This document shows, piece by piece, positions 14,251 to 25,046 of a stretch of 40,373 nucleotides of DNA. The stretch is from Albugo candida (lineage: Eukaryota), in assembly GCA_040437565.1 (NCBI GenBank), contig JBDOQK010000067.1, forward strand, positions 124,001 through 164,373, read 5' to 3'. The notes below the pieces were generated by a model. It did not search any database. It was not told the DNA's origin and saw only the letters and a program-made list of their open reading frames with translations. Both the position numbers and the translations under genes were made by a program. The stretch's first letter is position 1, and each line of letters starts with the position of its first letter.

Positions 14251-16076
14251 TTATCTTGTACTTTGTGTTCATGGAAACTCTACTGATATGTCTTGCCATT
14301 GATGCCTTCGTTTACACTTCCTGGGGTCTCTGAGAATAGCTCCGTAATTTTATGAAAATATAGGCCGTTTCCAAAATTCGAGTGCTTCTTATCATGACTT
14401 AACTACTTCTGACGTTTAAGACTCAGTGACATATATTGAATTCACTTCAAAAACTTGCTTGAAAGATTTACTTCTAGCCGTAAACTACAGCAGAAATACG
14501 ATAATTTGTCGTTTCAGAGTAGGTTTTATGTCCTATTTTATACCTGATTTAGACTGCTGAGAGAAATAGTAGTGTTGAAGCATGCAGATAGAGGCACAAA
14601 TAGGAAGTAGCATACTGCTAAACTCCTTAAACTCCTTTCACCTATTTGTTCCTTTTTCTAACACAGTTATACCCTCAAAATTGCACGGTGCGTAAATCCT
14701 CTTCACTATCAAGAGAGTCGTCCCTTCAAGTTGACATTTCCTTCGTGATATTAGTCCACTGACAGTCCTGAACTATACAATAGTCAAAACAGCACCAAGC
14801 AAGAATATTGAGAAATCGGAAGTGTGATGTCAATGTATGGAAACATACCTTCCACTTTGGAAGCCTTTGCAGCAATAAGTATATTCAAACGAAAGAAGTC
14901 CAACAGATGTTCGATCCAACTGCGGCCCTTGTGGAGGTATCACAAGAAACACAATTGACTGGAGGTCACCACTCTAAGCAAAACGTCGTAAGTCAACTTC
15001 GTGAGTATTTTGACCGTGTATCAGAGAGCTATACCTAAAGTATCCCATACGATTCGATATGTCCCGGATGAGCACCAGCTTTGCATTGATTATCATACTT
15101 TGCACTAGTTCGATTTTTCAACCGTTTATGTAAATAAATGCATCGCAGAGCTCAAGGAAAGAAGAATGCTGGGCTTGTGGCGACATTATATTAAAGCGAA
15201 AGATTGGCTCGAGCAGAAATATAGTGACCAATAACATGATTGGTGAAAGATCATGTCTGCAAAAGGACAAGGCGCTTTTTAATATCTTTGCCATTTTTGA
15301 TTATTTTCTTTCAGTAGCAAGGCCTTACGTATATAAAAAGCTTGATGAACGATTCTTGCAACATATGAGATTGTGATTGATTTTTGACGCGTCTGAAGGC
15401 TTGCAATGAAATTAGGTGCTACAAGAAAGCTAAGACTAATACGTTAGTCTGATTCTACAATAACGCAACAATTCTTTTATTGCTGTCTATAGTTCATGCA
15501 GGCATCGGCGTGAAATTGCTAGAGCTCGTATAAACACGAGTACATTTCATTCTTCTGAAAGCCACCGTACTTCATTTTTCCTATAGCTCTAGAAACTTGA
15601 GTAGGAAAATGCTTGCAAGGCCTCCAACTTATAGCAGTAAGTCTTTATCCTTTCTTTTAAATTGTACTGGCAACATGGTGATTGACTTCAAGATTCAATC
15701 ATTTTATAGCCTTTCTCTCGTTCATTTGCTGCTTTCATGAAAGCGCTAGGTTTCTTTATTCACCGGATATTGTATAGCATCAATCAAAGCCATAAAATTG
15801 TCTATCCTTGAAAATTAGCTGGATGATATACGATGTATCGGAGATATTCCCTACGATATCTAATCATACAACTGTACACGAGAAGGTGGCGTCGTACTAT
15901 GGCGCTCTAAAGAGGTTACAAAAATCGGAATGGAATGTACAAGATTGAAAGCAGCTAGCTGTTAGCAAGTGTTCTGGTTAACAGGTTCCGATATTCTGGT
16001 CATACTGTCACTTAACCGTTAGTTAGACAACGGTTGAGATCAAACCCAATCCTCTTACCTGTCACTATTTAAGAAA

Positions 16077-16233
16077 GGGAGCCGCTATGGCCACAGACAT
16101 TGATACTTCGGCCACAGACAAAACTACTACGGCCACGGACAATTGATCTAACCAATCACAGATCACAAAATTTAATTGTTGCTAAGTACGCCAGCCAATC
16201 AGGTCACTTGTATACTTTTATACACGAGCTCAG
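16077..16233 (+). mobile_element. Left TIR of a Mutator element
   Basis: GGGAGCCGCTATGGCCACAGAC with three GGCCAC(A/G)GAC subterminal repeats, directly upstream of a MULE transposase. Its reverse complement is at 39341-39484. Confidence 0.85.
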
Positions 16234-16279
16234 TCCCGAATCCGGCTAGATATACGCAGCACTCTCAGCAAGCACGAAC

Positions 16280-18590
16280 ATGGAGCAGCAGCAGAACGAG
16301 CAAATCACCGCGCAGAAGACCATGGAAAAACATATGAATGTGGTAGCTGCTGCAAATGGCTATGGAATCGTCACCAAGTCCTCATACAGGCAACGAGATG
16401 GATATAAAGTTGTGCACTACAAATGCGATCGTGGAGGCGTAGATCGAAACCGTCACGGACTTGTCCAAGAAGAAAGCGTTCGGAAGGCGAAAGGCAGTGC
16501 ACTCATTGACTGTATTTTCTGAGGTGTTGGACAGGAATTGAGAGGTAAAGCCACGCATCATGGCTCAATGAGTTTACCGAGAATTCAACGTTCTTATTAA
16601 CAATCTTCTCCCAATAACAGACGGCACCTGGTACTTTACAATTACATGCAACGAGCATCACCACGAACCTTCCACCGCCAGGACAGTTCATCCAGTTCAC
16701 ACTCGCATCTCGGAGTCTCAAGAGTAAGGAATCGCTTGAGTCTTTCAGTACGAACCTGCCTAGCTTCAAACCATCATGCTAGAGCAAGGCCAGCAATTTC
16801 AATTCACTAAGCGAAAGCTTTGTAATTTGAAGCAAAAGAATGCAATCAGGAAACTCGATGGACGAACTCCAACGGATATTCTGTTCGAAACCTTCGCGGA
16901 CTTTAGACTCGAAATAAATATCGAGAAAGATTCCGATGGGCGCATCACACCTTTTCTTCACTTATTCAAAGAGTGCGGAATCTTAAGGAAGAACTGTGAC
17001 GTCTTGTTGCTACATTGCACCTATAAAGCAAGCAAGACGAGATTTCCTTGGCTCCGGGTTGTGGGAAATAGCATGCTATATTCTACGTTCTCGGCGGCCT
17101 TCTTTTTCATGAAGAACGAGGATGCTGACTCGTATGTTACCGCCATCAACTTCTTCCGACAACTTTTTCACGTCGACCATCAACTGAAAGCATTCGTTAC
17201 TGACCGAGAGATTGCTCTCATGAACGCTTTTCGGATACTTTTTCCTTTGGCAGCTATCCTGCTTTGCATTTGACACATCGAGAAGAACGTCGTCTCCAAA
17301 TGCAAGCTCCATTTTACTGGAAAGGATGATGAGTGGAAAGCATTTTCGAGGGATTGGTAATCGGTAACTTGCAATTTGTTGTTTGTGTTCAGTAATTTTC
17401 ATTCATGTTCTAAGTTATTCCTTGTTGGGCAGGTGGTTTACTCAAACACGATGGCGAACTTAAATGATAATTGAGAAATCTTCCAACTCATATGAGCAGA
17501 ACGCTATACGTAAACTGTGGAGTATCTAGCCAAGACGTGGATCGTTCCCCACAAGGAGAAATCCGTTCGAGCATGAACGAATTTGATTCGGCACTTCGGT
17601 CACACAGTCACTTCACGCGGAGAAGGTGACCACAATGTCCTGAAAGAATTCATCGCAATCAGCAAGGGAAATCTGTTTGGGTGATGCGAGCGGACTATTT
17701 CAGTCCATAAAAAGCTTCTAAATTGAATTCACTACAGAACTGGCGAAGCAGCAGTTGAAAATCATACCCTCCACGCAGCCGGCCCCACGTGGTGACATTC
17801 TTCTGCATATCAACCGTTAAGATCTCATATTACGCTTCCGGAAAGTGTTAAAACAGGTTAGTTTATAACATTCCTTTCTTCCTACGTGTTCTCTCCAATT
17901 ACTGAAGTTTCGCAATTACAGCTGTAAATAGCTCGACGTCCAATGGAAACCGGCGGGAAGCCATGATCTTCTACTTTTGCTACCATCTGGAGGATAACTT
18001 GCGAGCATCAGTTGCGGCAGAACATTGCAAGTGGGAGGAGGCTTGAGTTGATCAAATGCGATGTTCATTGGCACCTTAATCAACTCCCTACAGTACGTCC
18101 TCTAGTTTCAGGCCACCCAAATGATGCTTTGCCAGTCCTTTTCGAAACATTACGCGAATATTTCAGCAACCTACCTTGACACCAGAAAGTCGCAGTCTTG
18201 GACGATCTGGAAGAGATATAACAGGTATTTCTGGGCGACTAATTCTTTTCCGTTTGATATTTCAATGGGTATTAACGCTGTTTAAATAAGCAAACACGAC
18301 AAGTCCTAGAAGAGCCGGAGGTTGCTCGAATGAGAGGAATACCAAGCGGAACGAGCAACAAAACCTCGACGCGACGAGACCCTTCTCAATTTGAATACGT
18401 AGAGGGGATGCCTCGCAGGAAGAGGAAGGCGCCAACGTTCAGTGCTTGTCATCAAACAGGGCACCGACATTTATCTGCAGCGTTTCCAGTCAATGCACAG
18501 AGCCAAAATCAATATCTCGCAACATTTGAACGTCATCCCATCAAAGATTTTCAACAGCAACAGCCACCTTTGCAACATTCTACTCCTTAA
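16280..18590 (+). pseudogene. Mutator/MULE (FAR1-like) transposase pseudogene
   Basis: FAR1-type DBD (YGIVTKSS..YKCDRGG..KGSALIDC). MULE core DVLLLHCTYK (first catalytic D appears as H), VTDREIALMNA, LLCI*HIEKN (CxxH with W to stop), RHFGHTVTSRGEGDH. C-terminal RGIPSG..STRRDPSQFEYVE and an SACHQTGH zinc knuckle. Multiple stops and frameshifts, plus short GT-AG introns. Confidence 0.92.
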
Positions 18591-18693
18591 AGTATCTACT
18601 ATTGACCTACAATATATAGATATCAGAAAAAACGTACCTAGGTAGAACAATATAAACAAAAAGAGCGTAAGAAACAGAATGAACTTGTGTATA

Positions 18694-18978
18694 ACTTCTC
18701 AATTCGCCGGCTACTACGTAACCCGCCAATTCAGTACAAAACAACTCGAAAACTACTTGTTTCTACTCTTTCCTCTCAAGAAAAATGGTTCAAGTCGACA
18801 TATCGACACAACCCACGGTGCTAGCGTCCACTTGTGGTGACGTGGCAACTCTCATAGCTCACCCAGCTTTAGGTGATTGCATGATTGTTGTTGAGTCGTC
18901 ACCACTGTGTGATGACGTGGAAAGTACCCCCACCCCCAATGTGACGGTATAGATTAATACCGTACTACCGGTGGTGGA
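18694..18978 (+). repeat. Dispersed repeat, copy 2; probable 5' end/ORF1 start of a retroelement
   Basis: Matches 9147-9297. Encodes MVQVDISTQPTVLASTCGDVATLIAHP.. and runs into a gap. Confidence 0.7.
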
Positions 18979-19078
18979 NNNNNNNNNNNNNNNNNNNNNN
19001 NNNNNNNNNNNNNNNNNNNNNNNNNNNNNNNNNNNNNNNNNNNNNNNNNNNNNNNNNNNNNNNNNNNNNNNNNNNNNN

Positions 19079-19258
19079 ATTTTTTAACTTTTGGTATGAA
19101 ATTTATAATGTTTTAACTTTTGGTATAAAAACCATATTTTTTCAAGTTTTGGTATATAATCCATATTTGTTCAAGTTTTGGTATAAATACCATATTTGAA
19201 ACTTTTGGTATGTAAACCATATTTTTTGAAAAAAGTGGTATAAAATTCCCATATTCTC
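19079..19258. repeat. Degenerate ~30-bp tandem array, about 6 units; likely subterminal repeats of a DNA transposon end
   Basis: Repeated ttttggtat...(a)ccatattt units ending at ...attcccatattctc, adjacent to a gap. Confidence 0.7.
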
Positions 19259-19330
19259 ATGTATATATGTCATTCAAGATAGCCGAGAAGACAGTTAGTT
19301 TGTTGCTAGTACTACATACACCTTCAACTA
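19259..19330. repeat. Short dispersed repeat, copy 2 of 3
   Basis: gtatatatgtcattcaagatagcc..agaagacagttagt..acaccttcaact resembles 39255-39343. Confidence 0.5.
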
Positions 19331-19662
19331 AGCTTGCTGACGGAGGAATGAGTCGTATGGAGCAAGTATGTAATTAACCTAGGTGATAAAGAAAATAGTT
19401 GTGTATTGTCATTCACAAATTCTACCTTAGACAGCTACACATGATTTGAGGTCGTGATATACTTGGTCGAACAAGCTTTTGACGGTTTCGTACCATGGAT
19501 AACACAAGGATCAATACATCCCTCAATATTTCAACAAAATGGCGTAATGTTCCGCTTGACCGATGCCTTCTCACTTTGCACGATAACTCTTCGATGCTGA
19601 TCATTGTGCGTCCAACATCCAAGATAATATCTTGAATGTCGTGCATGCGTCAAATTCACCAG

Positions 19663-20727
19663 TCAGCACACTAAACCGCGCACAGGTACATGCACCGATG
19701 AGGGTAAATACTGTTTCTGGAGCCATGTGTGTGATGTAGAAAACGGGACATATAGCTCCAGTGTACCGTCCGAGCGCAAATCCCAAGAACTGAACTGGAA
19801 GTTAACATTACCGAAGTATTCCACGATCTCAAAACGGCCAAATGTAGGAGATCCGCAAAATTTTGACAGCGCGTACTCTCTCGCATTTGGAAACTTGTGA
19901 CCCGTTATGCGAAGTGTTCCGGTCCTGACGCACTCCATTTTGATATCTTGTCTTGCAATACCACGTAAGCTAGCTTTGAAGACTATTCCATTTTTGCGTC
20001 GTTGTACCTGATAATACGGTTTCCAGACAGGTAAGGTTGATGAATAATCATATGTAGAATGATGCGTATTGGATCCGGCAAGCTCCAGAGAATTGGCCAT
20101 TTGACGTGCACCCTCAGCTGCTGGCTCCAATTTCAAACAAATACTGTCACTGCTTTGCATCAAACCCTGGGGACTATCGCTATCTTTATCGAGTATCTTC
20201 TCAGTGGGTAAATTTTTTTTCATCGGAACAGCCTCTTGCATCTTTTCTTTTTGGTTACAACGATCCACAAGCACGTTTTGTATTTGACGAAGGAGCTCCT
20301 CACCGAACTTCCTCAAACGCGCGCTTTTTAGCTTCCATCTATCTGCACAGGCTAGAAGGCGCTGAACTTCCTTGACTAACGCTTTTCTCTTCATTTTCAA
20401 CTCCTCTTCTCCGTGACTTTCTATGGTGTCAATCTGACACAAAATTTGAGTCAAATTCTCAGCCTGTTCCTTAGTATGGTAATCAAATGTGCCCAGTTCC
20501 GTCTGGAGTCGCTTCACATTATGATCCAAGTTCTGTCTCCCGATCATAATAGAGCTGCGCAATTTCCATACGATCCCGCATACACGACCGCACAATAGGC
20601 TATGACGTTGGGGTATCCGCTCAAGTAATACGTGCTTGCAAGCGTCCACTTTTTCTTCCATCGCAGTCAGCCGCTTGGACGCTAGTAAAGCCTCTTCATT
20701 CACTTGGTGTAATTCTTTGATATTCAT
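19663..20727 (-). CDS. BAG domain + HSP20/alpha-crystallin-like domain protein (354 aa, single exon)
   Basis: Intact ORF. BAG signature LTQILCQIDTIESHGEEELKMKRKALVKEVQRLL. HSP20-like C-terminus WKPYYQVQRRKNGIVFKASLRGIARQDIKMEC..GTLRITG..FGRFE..DGTLELYVP. Confidence 0.8.
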   Translation of the reverse strand: MNIKELHQVNEEALLASKRLTAMEEKVDACKHVLLERIPQRHSLLCGRVCGIVWKLRSSIMIGRQNLDHNVKRLQTELGTFDYHTKEQAENLTQILCQIDTIESHGEEELKMKRKALVKEVQRLLACADRWKLKSARLRKFGEELLRQIQNVLVDRCNQKEKMQEAVPMKKNLPTEKILDKDSDSPQGLMQSSDSICLKLEPAAEGARQMANSLELAGSNTHHSTYDYSSTLPVWKPYYQVQRRKNGIVFKASLRGIARQDIKMECVRTGTLRITGHKFPNAREYALSKFCGSPTFGRFEIVEYFGNVNFQFSSWDLRSDGTLELYVPFSTSHTWLQKQYLPSSVHVPVRGLVC

Positions 20728-20810
20728 TTGGCAAAATTGAAACTACGCATCAGCTACGTTGACGCAAGTAAAATCACTCCAATTATAGCGCCGAATCGAA
20801 AGGATAATCG

Positions 20811-20825
20811 CGAATATTCCGGAAC
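20811..20825. promoter_or_regulatory. Heat-shock element (three perfect inverted nGAAn units)
   Basis: cGAAt-aTTCc-gGAAc, about 85-100 bp upstream of the BAG/HSP20 start codon, in the divergent spacer. Confidence 0.65.
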
Positions 20826-20844
20826 ATCTTGGCTACGTTGCGAC

Positions 20845-23331
20845 ATGGTACCCATAATGTGGTACAAGCACCAAGCTCGATATAAACGGAATGCGCTATT
20901 GAGGTACGCGCAGTAAGCTTTGTGAGAGTAGGAAGGTTCAGTTTTATGATGCTCCTTTCAGATCTAAATTACAATTCTTTCTTCACGAGAAAAGATTTTC
21001 CCAATTCACCGATAACACCGTCGGCTACTTTCGACAAGCATACGAGAATGGATGGAGAATACCAGCCGCTTTGGGATTTACGTTAATCGGAATTCTACAG
21101 TGTTATCATTTAACGCGTCAAAGTGAAAGCGACAACTCAGAGCATGTTGCATCTGGTCTGGGGCGATTTTCCACCCACGCANNNNNNNNNNNNNNNNNNN
21201 NNNNNNNNNNNNNNNNNNNNNNNNNNNNNNNNNNNNNNNNNNNNNNNNNNNNNNNNNNNNNNNNNNNNNNNNNNNNNNNNNCGATATAAACGGAATGCGC
21301 TATTGAGGTACGCGCAGTAAGCTTTGTGAGAGTAGGAAGGTTCAGTTTTATGATGCTCCTTTCAGATCTAAATTACAATTCTTTCTTCACGAGAAAAGAT
21401 TTTCCCAATTCACCGATAACACCGTCGGCTACTTTCGACAAGCATACGAGAATGGATGGAGAATACCAGCCGCTTTGGGATTTACGTTAATCGGAATTCT
21501 ACAGTGTTATCATTTAACGCGTCAAAGTGAAAGCGACAACTCAGAGCATGTTGCATCTGGTCTGGGGCGATTTTCCACCCACGCAAGTATTGAAGAGAGG
21601 CGCATGCTTACACAACGGCAGGTACGGAAAAGATTTCACAATACCTCAATTCATTCGCATTGTCTTTGTATCAGGTCGAGCTGCTGAAGACAGTCCCATA
21701 TCGTGCAATATCTCGATTGTGGGGTCAAGTTAACGATAAAGAACTGTGGGTACTTGTATCCATGAGTATGGTTGCGACTAATCACTAGAATTCTATAGAC
21801 CAGTGTCGGTGCGTGAGCCAATCTATCAAACATGGACTTATTTGTTTGGCTGTAACCTTGATGAAATGAAGTGCGCTTTCGTTGTCGGCTCACTCTATCA
21901 CTCATTTTACTTATTTTCGATGTAGATACCCATTGAATCACTATCATAATTTGGGCGAGTTCTTTTCTCGTCCATTGAAGAGAGGCGTTCGCTCGTTTAT
22001 AAACGATAATCATCATCTAGCAAGCCCTGTGGATGCTGTCGTGGCATCTTTTGGGCGAGTGGTTTTTACAAATGAGATTTGCATGCTAGAGCAAATCAAA
22101 GGTGTTCGATACAGAATGGATGAATTTTTGGGATCACGACAACTTTCTATTGATTCGGAGGCTTCTTTATCATCGAAAAATTCCACCAAAATGTTGNNNN
22201 NNNNNNNNNNNNNNNNNNNNNNNNNNNNNNNNNNNNNNNNNNNNNNNNNNNNNNNNNNNNNNNNNNNNNNNNNNNNNNNNNNNNNNNNNNNNNNNNTGTC
22301 GTGGCATCTTTTGGGCGAGTGGTTTTTACAAATGAGATTTGCATGCTAGAGCAAATCAAAGGCGTTCGATACAGAATGGATGAATTTTTGGGATCACGAC
22401 AACTTTCTATTGATTCGGAGACTTCTTTATCATCGAAAAATTCCACCAAAATGTTGTACCGCAACACTGAGATGCTGGAACATTAGTCTTATGCGCATAT
22501 TTTAGTCTCTTTCATTGTGTATTGTACCTTGCACCGGGTGATTACCATCGGATTCACGACCCAACAGACTGGAAAATCTTCGAACGGCGCCATTTTGCCG
22601 GCAATTTATTTTCAGTGAATAGTTTCGCAGCTCGCCTTATACCTAGCCTATTTGTTGAAAACGAACGAGTAGCCTTACTGGGGTCATGGAAATTTGGATT
22701 TTTCTCAATGACAGCAGTCGGTGCAACAAATGTAGGCTCTATTACACTTTGCATGGAGCCTGAATTTAGAACAAATATCAAGGCCCACGATAAAGTATTC
22801 AGCCGTAATGTCGCATACATCAGAAAATATGAACGTCCTATCCAAGCTTTGCGTGGCCAGGAACGAGCCGCATTCAAGGTGAGTGGCATATGCTCTCGGT
22901 ATAATCGCAATCAATTGAGAGTAGAATTCTTGTAGCTCGGTTCGACTGTCGTATTGATCTTTGAAGCCCCTGAANNNNNNNNNNNNNNNNNNNNNNNNNN
23001 NNNNNNNNNNNNNNNNNNNNNNNNNNNNNNNNNNNNNNNNNNNNNNNNNNNNNNNNNNNNNNNNNNNNNNNNNNTGGCCAGGAACGAGCCGCATTCAAGG
23101 TGAGTGGCATATGCTCTCGGTATAATCGCAATCAATTGAGAGTAGAATTCTTGTAGCTCGGTTCGACTGTCGTATTGATCTTTGAAGCCCCTGAAACTTT
23201 CAAGTTCAGCGTTCAGGCAGGTCAAAAGGTATCAAGATGTCAATACTACTTCGAGACGTACGTTAAGACCCTTTCTTGTTGCTCAGGTCCGCCTCGGCTC
23301 CTCTATCGGCCATTGCAAACCAGCAAGCTGA
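20845..23331 (+). CDS. PSD1: Phosphatidylserine decarboxylase proenzyme (mitochondrial/PISD type), about 8 exons
   Basis: Spliced reading: ..[16 protein letters not shown] (TM)..[113 protein letters not shown], stop at 23329-23331. LGST is the self-cleavage motif. Three gap duplications lie inside the gene. Confidence 0.95.
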
Positions 23332-23632
23332 AGCACCTTTGTTGTAGTGGTCTCCTATGGAAAGTTGCTGAGCCCAACGCTACGAGCTGTTCCTGGTGGA
23401 TATTAAAAACTAAACAAATGTGGTTCTTTACAGATATTTCTTTTTATGGCGAGTTATTTTTACGTTAAATGGTAATCAAATATTATACCAATCGTAGCCG
23501 AATGTGACGATCAAATTAGCGAAATGGTAGGCTTGACAAAAATATGGACGATTCAAGTTCGAAAAGTATCAAGGACATAAATCTCCGGCCTGATACGCAA
23601 GACGTCAATTGCGACCCATTCGATGAGAAATG

Positions 23633-24809
23633 TTAGAGTCTGAGAGGGCAGAATCGCAGCCGTCTCTTGTCTTCATTTTTCTTCTTTCGAAGGATCTCCT
23701 AAAGGATCATCTCATAAGTTTCAAAATCAAATATTGCCTGTCACAACCTTTTTGTAACGAGTCAAATCTTGATACTGCCGTTCAACTTCCGCAAAGCCAC
23801 GCTGTTTTTCCAACTCCGCAGTCTCGCTGGTGTACTTTGTGTGAAAAGTTGTGCAAGTGGCTTCACGCAGGTATTTACCTTTGCAGTCTACTTTCTAGTA
23901 TGGCTTTAAAGCTATTGTTTCGATTACGTTGCACGTCTAGTTGCATATCCAAACAATCAATTTCACGACAAATATCATCGTTAAATGGATTAGATTGCCC
24001 CTAGTCATATAAATGAGAGATCAGAGCTAACGATGCAAAGTTGTTTGTCATCCAACTCACATATCCCATGGCAAATTTTTCGTTGAAGCAATTTGTGGGG
24101 TTTAGACTTTCCACATCCGTACTTGAGTGATGGATGTCTTGATCTTTTGCGGTGAATATACTCTCGATATCTCGAGCAGAAATAATTTTGAAAAAGCCGG
24201 CTTCGTCGACATACCTCCACAGCTGAATGGACTGAAACTTTCTCTCTGAATAGATCAAGACTTCGAAGATGAGATTTGATTTCGCATGTTGTGGCTACCC
24301 ACCTTCATCTTTGACTGATTTGATGACATCATTTTGATTCTTTATCACCAGCTCTTCTAATCTTTTCTTTGATGGTAAACCTATGCTTCCGGTAGTGGAT
24401 CGTGCTCAAAGAATGACTTGCAGCTTCAAGACGTACATTTTCTCGACGAATGATTCCATTTTTTTATGTCGTGTGTTGCAGGTGTTGAATGTAGATAGTT
24501 TGTTATCTCACACAATTGCTTTTCCATGACATCAAGGATCTGGATTGTCTTTGCTTTTCCTCGCTATATGAACAAATGACGAATAACTCGTTTGAATATG
24601 TCAGGGATACCACAATCCTCAACCTTGAGTTCTTGCACTATCCTTGTGGCCGTTGCTTTTGAGATGCACCATTCACTTTCTTGATTAACCTCGTAGTAAA
24701 ATGCTTTTTTCAATGTGTTACAGTGGTTATGTGGAATAGGTGGAATCGGAATTGGATGCAATGAGGTCAAGAGACCTTGACTTATTTCGGACTTTTGATT
24801 CTTGCTCAT
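23633..24809 (-). CDS. Multi-exon hypothetical protein with a coiled-coil C-terminus (weak Ada3-like pattern)
   Basis: GT-AG bounded exons join in frame: MSKNQKSEISQ..VQELK|RGKAKTIQILDVMEKQL..|LPSKKRLEELVIKNQ..|..|GQSNPFNDDICREIDCLDMQLDVQRNRNNSFKAILESRLQ|SETAELEKQRGFAEVERQYQDLTRYKK|EILRKKKNEDKRR. Some splice choices are uncertain. Confidence 0.6.
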
Positions 24810-25046
24810 CAGCTATTCATCTCCGAGTTATCAGATACCGGTATTTAGGTTGANNNNNNNNNNNNNNNNNNNNNNNNNNNNNNNNNNNNNNNNNNNNNNN
24901 NNNNNNNNNNNNNNNNNNNNNNNNNNNNNNNNNNNNNNNNNNNNNNNNNNNNNTTCGGACTTTTGATTCTTGCTCATCAGCTATTCATCTCAGAGTTATC
25001 AAATACCGGTATTTAGGTTGAGTTTCTCAATTGTATTGCATTCAGC

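Noticed and set aside
14808-15038. 76-aa ORF (KEVQQMFDPTAALVEVSQ..)
   Set aside because: TTG start, isolated, and no motif recognised.
19079-19258. CRISPR-like ~30-bp periodicity
   Set aside because: Degenerate units without unique spacers, no cas genes, and a eukaryotic context.
20878-23196. Apparent exon duplications in PSD, including two LGST exons
   Set aside because: Each duplicate sits directly across a gap. Removing them gives one normal gene.
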